From a virus, in the IMG/VR virus record IMGVR_UViG_3300031857_000094, positions 1-64,000 of that record: a stretch of DNA of 64,000 bases. One strand, written 5' to 3'. This document shows, piece by piece, positions 57,800-64,000 of the stretch (its first letter is position 1; every line of letters starts with the position of its first letter). Under the pieces are notes generated by a model. That model was given only the letters and a program-made list of their open reading frames with translations. It did no database searches and had not been told where the DNA came from. The translations under genes were made by a program, and so were the position numbers.

Positions 57800-58451
57800 A
57801 CTGATCGCGAACGCGAATCAGTTGACGAACATAGTCGTTGCGCTTGCCTTCGAAGCAGTCGAACTCGCCTTCATCTGATACGATGAGAATGGCAAAGTCA
57901 TGACATTCAATGCCAGTGTGTTCTTCGAACATGATAGAGTATGCAGTAGCCTGAAGGAAGTAATCTGTGATCATATCTGCAGTCTTTCTCTTACGAGAAG
58001 TCTTGAAGTCGATCACCGTTACTTTGCCATCCCACTCGCAGATTAAGTCCGCGGTCCCTGCGATTCTGAGGATGTCCGAGAACATCGGCGTTTCAGACGC
58101 ATAAACAAGCTGTAAGTTTTTGTCAATACATTTCTGAACAATACGAAAACGTGCGAGTGTCGAGGGCATGATTTTCTTGGCATCTATCTCATCTCCCAGA
58201 ATGTATGATTCCATAAGATTGTGAAGTTCAGTTCCACGATTTGCAGCTTGTCTGCTAATCTTGTTAGCTTCTTCTTCACCGACACGAGCGCGCCACTCAG
58301 CGAGAGATTTTTTCTTTTCAGGCTGATCGCCGAGTAGAGTTGTGATTGATGGGTAGACGTTACCATCTGGAGTTTGATAACGTCTACCGTTTGGAGTGTT
58401 TATCTGACGGGCTCTTGGCAAGTCAATATATGGATCATGATTAAATTTCAT
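57756..58451 (-). CDS. PD-(D/E)xK exonuclease
   Basis: YPSITT, RGTELH, AGTADLI, IDFKTS, YFLQATAY. Confidence 0.88.
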   Translation of the reverse strand: MKFNHDPYIDLPRARQINTPNGRRYQTPDGNVYPSITTLLGDQPEKKKSLAEWRARVGEEEANKISRQAANRGTELHNLMESYILGDEIDAKKIMPSTLARFRIVQKCIDKNLQLVYASETPMFSDILRIAGTADLICEWDGKVTVIDFKTSRKRKTADMITDYFLQATAYSIMFEEHTGIECHDFAILIVSDEGEFDCFEGKRNDYVRQLIRVRDQYEWRKEQGSKSNVF

Positions 58452-58462
58452 ACTATTATATA

Positions 58463-59233
58463 TTACGCAATAACGCCGCGCTCCTCAAGATTACATCTAG
58501 TCAGGATATACTCTTTGACGAAGCCCGAACGAACAACGTCTTCCTTGTGAAACTTGACGATTTCGAAAGAACGCATCTCACCTGCAATCTTTAGCAGATT
58601 GTTCATACCAGACCCTTCACGAGTATAGTCCTTCTGTGTAAAGTCACCACAGAAGATAACACGACATCCTTCACCAACGCGAGTCATGACCGTATGGATT
58701 TCGTGGTCGCTCAGGTTTTGACACTCGTCGATGATAATGATGTTGTCGCGGAAAGTCATACCACGAAGGAATGACGTGATATCAAACTGAATGTATCCGT
58801 TCTGCTTCATCCACTCATATGGCTTATCGCAAATCTCGGAAACGATTCCTTGATACGGAGCTTCATAGACTGCTGCTTTATCCTTCGCGTTGCCAGGAAG
58901 GAATCCGATGTCGCGAGTAGGAACAACGCTGCGTAGAATCACGATTGGCTTAGGGGCATCTCCACTAAGCATAGCGTTCATGGAAAGCCACAGAGCGAGG
59001 AACGTCTTACCAGTTCCAGCGCAACCATGAAGGATTAGATTTTTGTCTGAATTGAATGCGTCAACAACTATACGTTGAGCTGCTGTTCTAGGGGATACAC
59101 GACACAAGCTAGGAATCACTGGTTGTCGATAACCAGTTCCCTTTGCTCTCTTCTTTTGTTTTCGTTCTTTTCTCGTCAAATACTTCGATGCTTCGGCTTC
59201 AAGAAAGGCTTCGTCTATGATTGCAGTCTGCAT
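58463..59233 (-). CDS. phoH: PhoH-family ATPase
   Basis: GCAGTGKT, FLRGMTF, IIDECQN, FCGDFTQ, DVVRS. Confidence 0.93.
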   Translation of the reverse strand: MQTAIIDEAFLEAEASKYLTRKERKQKKRAKGTGYRQPVIPSLCRVSPRTAAQRIVVDAFNSDKNLILHGCAGTGKTFLALWLSMNAMLSGDAPKPIVILRSVVPTRDIGFLPGNAKDKAAVYEAPYQGIVSEICDKPYEWMKQNGYIQFDITSFLRGMTFRDNIIIIDECQNLSDHEIHTVMTRVGEGCRVIFCGDFTQKDYTREGSGMNNLLKIAGEMRSFEIVKFHKEDVVRSGFVKEYILTRCNLEERGVIA

Positions 59234-59302
59234 GGCTGCTCCGCTGTTATTGTTTATGGGATCATAACGAACGAGAACGAGTTCTGTGTCGTGCGGGTCT
59301 CC

Positions 59303-59536
59303 TTAAAATGTGTTGACGGTTGAGCGTGGATGGCGCTTCTTGATTGTCTTAAGAATGTCGCGGAATCCCGAGTCGGGCTTATTACGACCCGACGAAACGC
59401 CGCTTACAATAAGGGGAGCGCCAATTTCTTGACGAATGTGGGGATTCTCCTCAAGATAGGTTTCCATCTGGGAGATAGTCATGAAATCATCAAAGACTTC
59501 GTTGGTCTTCGTATTGACGAAAGTATATCTTGGCAT
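59303..59536 (-). CDS. Small conserved protein (FmdB-like, Cys-less)
   Basis: MPRYTF..YLEENPHI..GFRDILKTIK; usual position upstream of phoH. Confidence 0.65.
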   Translation of the reverse strand: MPRYTFVNTKTNEVFDDFMTISQMETYLEENPHIRQEIGAPLIVSGVSSGRNKPDSGFRDILKTIKKRHPRSTVNTF

Positions 59537-59541
59537 ACGAC

Positions 59542-60225
59542 TTATTTAGTATCCTGCTGAAGTACGTCTGTGAGAGACGGGAAAATCTTTATGATTTCGT
59601 CCCATGCTAGGGATGCGATTTCACGGTGTTCTTTCTGTGTTTCGACGCCCATACGCAACTCGCAGTAGTGAATCCAGCTACGCAGCGTTCCGTTCATATA
59701 CATACGGGACTGCGTAAGACCCTCAGGAAGCACAGCGCGAGCCTGTTCCTTAGCGACACCATTCTCAATAGCCCATTTATATGCATCTTCTGCCGAGGCT
59801 TTTACACACTTCTGAACATTTTCCCATTGCATTTGTAGATCATCATCATCAGTCTCAATACTATTCTGACGATTCTTCATATCCTGCAAACGAGCTTCGC
59901 GTGTAACAAAGCCAAGATCCTTGGTCGGATCAGCATAACGCTGTGAGAACTCTTGGAAAGAAAACGAACGATGACGCAGAATTTGACGAGCGATATCACG
60001 GGTCGTGTCGATTTCCATGCAGATAGAAACCATTTCGAATGGCGACCAATGCTTGTGCTTGGCAAGATACTTCAACAGCTTGGGAGCTGTCTGGGTATTC
60101 ATCTGATTGCTGGGATTACTTACACGAGCAACATAAGCAATGAACTCATCAACACCAACGATATATCCTGTAATAGGATCGCTGATTGTCGGTTTACTTA
60201 CAGCTACAATTTTCACGCTTTGCAT
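59542..60225 (-). CDS. thyX: FAD-dependent thymidylate synthase
   Basis: HWSPFE, RHRSFSFQEFSQRY, EQARAVLP, LRSWIHY. Confidence 0.96.
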   Translation of the reverse strand: MQSVKIVAVSKPTISDPITGYIVGVDEFIAYVARVSNPSNQMNTQTAPKLLKYLAKHKHWSPFEMVSICMEIDTTRDIARQILRHRSFSFQEFSQRYADPTKDLGFVTREARLQDMKNRQNSIETDDDDLQMQWENVQKCVKASAEDAYKWAIENGVAKEQARAVLPEGLTQSRMYMNGTLRSWIHYCELRMGVETQKEHREIASLAWDEIIKIFPSLTDVLQQDTK

Positions 60226-60427
60226 TTAATACCTCATTCAATTTGCTTACGACTTCACTCAAACTTTCTTCGACGAACCATTCGTTTCCGTTTGTAGCAT
60301 AGATCGTTGTTGTCAGACTGGCGCCTTGGGTACGCCGTGATTCATAAACGGACAAAACGTTCCTAGCATTAATATACACTGGCATATCAAGGAAGTTAGC
60401 ATTTAGATTAGTCAGCTTGATGAACAT
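60194..60427 (-). CDS. Small hypothetical protein (FlbD-like pattern)
   Basis: MFIKLT..VYINA..VEESLSEV. Confidence 0.55.
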   Translation of the reverse strand: MFIKLTNLNANFLDMPVYINARNVLSVYESRRTQGASLTTTIYATNGNEWFVEESLSEVVSKLNEVLNAKRENCSCK

Positions 60428-60953
60428 CGAACCACTCGGGTGTTGGGCGATTCGACCATTTCGCGAATCGTTTCTTGTGCTCTATGTAGTATGTGCGATA
60501 GCCGTCTACTGGATTTTCGCGCTTGCAATCATCGGGCATCGCTTGTGGAAACTGTGTTAGCGGACCGACAGGAATATTCCTAGGTGGTTTCGACAGTTCA
60601 TCAAACAGCTGACTGCACTTGTGCTGTTTGCCGTAGCGATACTCATATTCCTTGAGCAGAGCGCCAAGCAAGCAAACTGACCAGTTGTAGTTGTTGTTTG
60701 TCTGCATCGACCACTGAGTGCATGGATGATTGATATGCGTGACTTGATAGATCTTATCGTCGCGCTCATCGTCGAGCTTCCAGCGTTTAGCCTTGCGACC
60801 AGACTTCGACTGACCTTCATACTCAGTGCCGTCGAGAATACGATGCGCAGAAGAAAGCATCTGACATTCTTCGAGGATCATCTTGACGACGTGCTTGTCG
60901 CAGTGCTGTTGTGCAGCTACGATAGGATCTTTATCGAGAATGAATCTATTCAT
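60408..60953 (-). CDS. Pyrimidine-dimer DNA glycosylase-like protein
   Basis: HCDKHVVKMILE..QMLS, THINHPCTQW, EYEYRYGKQH, PQAMPD. Confidence 0.75.
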   Translation of the reverse strand: MNRFILDKDPIVAAQQHCDKHVVKMILEECQMLSSAHRILDGTEYEGQSKSGRKAKRWKLDDERDDKIYQVTHINHPCTQWSMQTNNNYNWSVCLLGALLKEYEYRYGKQHKCSQLFDELSKPPRNIPVGPLTQFPQAMPDDCKRENPVDGYRTYYIEHKKRFAKWSNRPTPEWFDVHQAD

Positions 60954-61117
60954 TTCGCGTCTTCCCATTTCCATTCAAAAACATAATACATCATCTTACG
61001 AGTCAACCAACGTGGACGCTTGAATGCAGTGAACTTGATTGTTGTAACTGCACTAACACTTCCTGGCATAATCCAATAACCAACAGGCTTTGGTGAAGGT
61101 TCGATCTTATATTCCAT
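60950..61117 (-). CDS. Hypothetical 55-aa protein (absent from the ORF track)
   Basis: MEYKIEPSPKPVGYW..KRPRWLTRKMMYYVFEWKWEDAK fills the gap with an ATGA overlap. Confidence 0.6.
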   Translation of the reverse strand: MEYKIEPSPKPVGYWIMPGSVSAVTTIKFTAFKRPRWLTRKMMYYVFEWKWEDAK

Positions 61118-61118
61118 A

Positions 61119-61784
61119 TTAGATTTCTACGATCAACGGCTTATAGATTCCGTGATCATCGTGTTCGCCTTTGTATCCACGCGGATGACAGATCACTCGT
61201 GTTTCACCGATCATGTAGTCGAAGCGATCATGCGTGTGTCCGTGAATCCACAGCTTTGGCGGCTTACGCATAGAAAGGATTTCTTCTTCCATATCGTTGG
61301 AGAACGATGTGTTGTATGGGCTTGTCAGATATCGCGGATGAATAGACTTGCGCGTGGGTGTGTGATGTGACACGATGATATCCGCTTCGCTAGTCATCAG
61401 GAACTTCTTGTGATATGCGTGTGTCGCAATCATGTCCTCTTGATTAAGATCCTTGATATAGCGATAGTCGATAAGCCCGTTCACATAGTAGACCCAGTCC
61501 ATGGTTTTAGACAGATCAGTCCACAACGTAGCACCAGCAATCTTAACATCATCAACAGTTCGCGTCAGCAAGTGCATGTATGCGTCGCTGAACGTCGATC
61601 CATAGTAATCATGATTACCAAGGATAGCGAACATATGATCTGCGTGACGCTGCACGAACTCATCACGGAAATCGTGCTGCTCGCTGATATCACCAGCACA
61701 GATATAGAACACATCGTCCTCAGGCTCGAAATCCCAAGGGCGCTCACGATACATATGCAAGTCTGAGATGATACCAATCTTCAC
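61119..61784 (-). CDS. Calcineurin-like metallophosphoesterase
   Basis: ISDLH, AGDI, LGNHDYY, SHH.P, WIHGHTH. Confidence 0.9.
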   Translation of the reverse strand: MKIGIISDLHMYRERPWDFEPEDDVFYICAGDISEQHDFRDEFVQRHADHMFAILGNHDYYGSTFSDAYMHLLTRTVDDVKIAGATLWTDLSKTMDWVYYVNGLIDYRYIKDLNQEDMIATHAYHKKFLMTSEADIIVSHHTPTRKSIHPRYLTSPYNTSFSNDMEEEILSMRKPPKLWIHGHTHDRFDYMIGETRVICHPRGYKGEHDDHGIYKPLIVEI

Positions 61785-62020
61785 AGCCCTACTCCATAAT
61801 GTTGCATCAGACCCATTAGATATATTATAGTCACAACGATCTGAATTGTCAAGAGCGAATACTTACGCCAGATCCAGCCAATAACGAACCAGCCAAAGTT
61901 ACCAGCGAGCGATAGCCATACGTTTAATGGATAGATGTTCCACGCAGTCAATGCTACGCCAATGATAAGAATCGCTGTCGATATCCATTCGATCCAAAAT
62001 TCTGTTCGCTTGCTTACCAA
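61781..62020 (-). CDS. Small multi-TM membrane protein
   Basis: EWISTAILIIGVALTAWNIYPLN; start uncertain. Confidence 0.55.
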   Translation of the reverse strand: MVSKRTEFWIEWISTAILIIGVALTAWNIYPLNVWLSLAGNFGWFVIGWIWRKYSLLTIQIVVTIIYLMGLMQHYGVGL

Positions 62021-62169
62021 TGTCGAATAACCCCCGCCACAATAAATATGTTCGTGATGATATAACACAACACAATAAGAGTGCGGATAAGTGCTACCTT
62101 ATCCGCCTCCTTATCGTTTTTGCCAGCTTTCTCACCTAGAGCTTTAGCCCATAGACGCCAGAAGTTCAT
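62014..62169 (-). CDS. Small membrane protein common in T4-like aquatic phages (absent from the ORF track)
   Basis: MNFWRLWAKALGEKAGKNDKEADKVALIRTLIVLCYIITNIFIVAGVIRHW. Confidence 0.7.
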   Translation of the reverse strand: MNFWRLWAKALGEKAGKNDKEADKVALIRTLIVLCYIITNIFIVAGVIRHW

Positions 62170-62262
62170 GACAGCATGTAAGCCCAATATGCGATGATAT
62201 CATCTTTGTTTGCTGGATCCCAACCGTTCACGAACATATCGTATTCGACAAGAAGTTCAAGT

Positions 62263-62733
62263 TCACTCTGCATTTTTACGCTCCTGATGTTTGAGGGAAT
62301 ACATTCGATAGTGTTCACCGCAAGTCTGACGATATCCACCTTCTGCTGGAAAACCAGCGCTGATCTGCTCATAGCATCCTGGCTCATCGCAGCAGCTCAG
62401 AATCTTCTTCAGCTTGTCATGATCGTTTTCAGCAAGCGCCTTACGAGCATCTGGAACTACATCGAGATCAAACTCGTTGCTGATAGTCATACCATCAGAG
62501 CAGAGCGGAGCGTATGCTTCTGGACCAAAGCCCAAACGATCATAGATCAGATAGCGATAGCTTCCACCTTCGCTTGCGTGAGCAACGATGTGTTTCATTA
62601 CCCACTTAGTCACAGCGAGCTTCATCAATGGTGAGCACTCGTCAGCCATCTTGGCATATTCGGCGTCGATATCTTGAAATGCTTTCTGGATGTTTTCTAC
62701 AGCATCCCAGAATTTTCTATTGTCTTCGGTCAT
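62263..62733 (-). CDS. Hypothetical protein
   Basis: GGSYRYLIYDRLGFGPEAY and C-terminal Cys/His cluster. Confidence 0.65.
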   Translation of the reverse strand: MTEDNRKFWDAVENIQKAFQDIDAEYAKMADECSPLMKLAVTKWVMKHIVAHASEGGSYRYLIYDRLGFGPEAYAPLCSDGMTISNEFDLDVVPDARKALAENDHDKLKKILSCCDEPGCYEQISAGFPAEGGYRQTCGEHYRMYSLKHQERKNAE

Positions 62734-62945
62734 GGGAACATATCCACTATTCGATCCGTTTGTTCACTGACTACGCGAACGCGAGCAGTATGTGTTGCGC
62801 TCATATTTCTTTTCATCGCGAGCGCGCGAGGAACGTAAATCTTTGGATCGTTCTGAACAGAACCTTCCATCGTAGTCCAGTTCTGAAGAACGTAGTCTCC
62901 TGGTCCATTTACTAGCATGAACTCGATGCGAACAGTATCCATCAC
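62730..62945 (-). CDS. Hypothetical protein
   Basis: Start/stop overlaps with both neighbours. Confidence 0.55.
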   Translation of the reverse strand: MMDTVRIEFMLVNGPGDYVLQNWTTMEGSVQNDPKIYVPRALAMKRNMSATHTARVRVVSEQTDRIVDMFP

Positions 62946-63148
62946 TTCACTCCAAAGTGTTCTTTGATCTGTTGAAGGTCTCTTTCGTTTTCACAGAGGC
63001 TTAGGCATTCTTCGACAATGAGTTTAGCAAACTCCTCAATCTCATCATTGAGATCATATCCCTCGATATACGGAGAATAGAGACCATCATCATTTTTGTA
63101 TTTCTTAAAGCCAGATTTGATTGCAAGTTCTTGGATTCGCTCGTTCAT
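62942..63148 (-). CDS. Hypothetical protein
   Basis: MNERIQELA..FAKLIVEEC..IKEHFGV, a common phage small-protein pattern. Confidence 0.65.
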   Translation of the reverse strand: MNERIQELAIKSGFKKYKNDDGLYSPYIEGYDLNDEIEEFAKLIVEECLSLCENERDLQQIKEHFGVK

Positions 63149-63306
63149 CACACATACCTCTTTACGATAACAGGACCAAGTCTCCAACAGTGATATGGAG
63201 AATAACCATACATAGATCCTGCGCCGTTCAAACGAAAATCATTCCAAATGAACAGCGAACCTTTCCAACCAATATATTCGATTGTCCAGCGATTGTTGAT
63301 GCGCAT
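63148..63306 (-). CDS. Hypothetical 52-aa protein (absent from the ORF track)
   Basis: MRINNRWTIEYIGWKG..GPVIVKRYV, with TGATG coupling on both sides. Confidence 0.5.
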   Translation of the reverse strand: MRINNRWTIEYIGWKGSLFIWNDFRLNGAGSMYGYSPYHCWRLGPVIVKRYV

Positions 63307-63680
63307 CACTTGCACTCCCGAACATGCTTGCAGTCTTTACGGAAACCAAAGCCAACACAAGTGCAGCTCCAATGCGAACCATCGCGAGTGACTGTATAAG
63401 TTGATCCAGGCTTTGAACCCTGAACGACGAACGTTTCAGTGCGAGGCTTATCGCAGGATACGATAGCCGCATCCAACCCAACGATCCGCTCACGATCAAT
63501 GATACGGAAAGGGAACTGGGTGTCGCCAGTAGAGATGCAGATGGAGTCTGAGGTTACCCACTTGGGATTAGGTAAGATCTGACCAGTATACTCACAGAAC
63601 TCGCGGATGACGCCACTAGCATACAATGCAGGATTGCGAGTATCGCGCACGCGGATCGTAACAGAATCACCAACGTTCAT
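63306..63680 (-). CDS. SWIM zinc-finger protein
   Basis: VQGSK..YTVT..WSCTCVGFGFRKDCKH. Confidence 0.75.
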   Translation of the reverse strand: MNVGDSVTIRVRDTRNPALYASGVIREFCEYTGQILPNPKWVTSDSICISTGDTQFPFRIIDRERIVGLDAAIVSCDKPRTETFVVQGSKPGSTYTVTRDGSHWSCTCVGFGFRKDCKHVRECK

Positions 63681-63709
63681 AGCCGAACTCCATCGTATAA
63701 ACTATTGTA

Positions 63710-64000
63710 TCAGCGTTTCAGGTAACTGTCAAGAATAACATCTGCGGTGCCACACATCTGTTCGATTGTGCCATCGTTGTGAATTGCAGCATCCATTGGC
63801 TCTCTATTCCAAGCCCGTTCGGACTCGTGGATCGACGGATCATCTTTGCCAAACCAATCAGGAAGCGGACCGCGGCGAACATGCCAAATCTTTCCGCCAT
63901 TACGACGAATCATAGCAATCTCGTTGGGAAAGCGCACATCGCTGATAACGAAGTTAGGCTTCTGACCAGTCATCTCAGCAAACATCTTTTCTGTATCAAG
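63710..64000 (-). CDS. Deoxynucleoside monophosphate kinase (T4 gp1-like), C-terminal part
   Basis: VISDVRFPNE, GGKIWHVRR, HESE, IHNDGT; 5' end lies beyond the window. Confidence 0.8.
   Translation of the reverse strand, partial: LDTEKMFAEMTGQKPNFVISDVRFPNEIAMIRRNGGKIWHVRRGPLPDWFGKDDPSIHESERAWNREPMDAAIHNDGTIEQMCGTADVILDSYLKR

Noticed and set aside
62083-62106. Inverted repeat GCGGATAAG..CTTATCCGC
   Set aside because: Lies inside a credible small CDS and lacks a clear U-tract, so it was not called a terminator
62166-62387. 73-aa ORF as listed in the track
   Set aside because: Overlaps 62263-62733 heavily; at most the last 35 codons from ATG 62273 are plausible
1-64000. Genome-wide TAG or TGA recoding
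   Set aside because: Core genes are full length in code 11, and TAG ends genes normally (e.g. 18781, 39897)
1-64000. CRISPR array, introns, inteins, homing endonucleases, integrase
   Set aside because: No spaced repeats seen; terminase, thyX and phoH are uninterrupted and of normal length

Overview
64 kb segment of a large T4-like myovirus genome, mostly on the minus strand. It covers portal (partial), tail tube and sheath, terminase, neck, fibre and baseplate genes, then a plus-strand block (gp4, gp2, gp54-like, gp26, gp51, tape-measure-like) and a replication/metabolism block (gp32, gp59, gp33, kdsA, radical SAM, exonuclease, phoH, thyX, dNMP kinase). RNA genes are a tRNA-Gln(UUG) and a circularly permuted two-piece tmRNA, which suggests an alphaproteobacterial host. 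Main findings: (1) a putative late operon joining a curli-like secretion set (CsgF, CsgG, two curlin-like proteins) to a FecR protein and a CHASE2 adenylate cyclase; (2) an enzyme cassette beside a gp38-like polyglycine adhesin, with two TctC/Bug binding proteins, two 2OG-Fe(II) oxygenases, three PP-loop proteins and a di-iron hydroxylase; (3) a candidate lambda G/GT-type -1 frameshift joining gp26 to gp51; (4) a genetically split gp5; (5) a consensus sigma70 promoter antisense to late genes; (6) Ala-Asn enrichment in virion proteins. All assignments come from motif recognition and synteny by eye; no searches were run.
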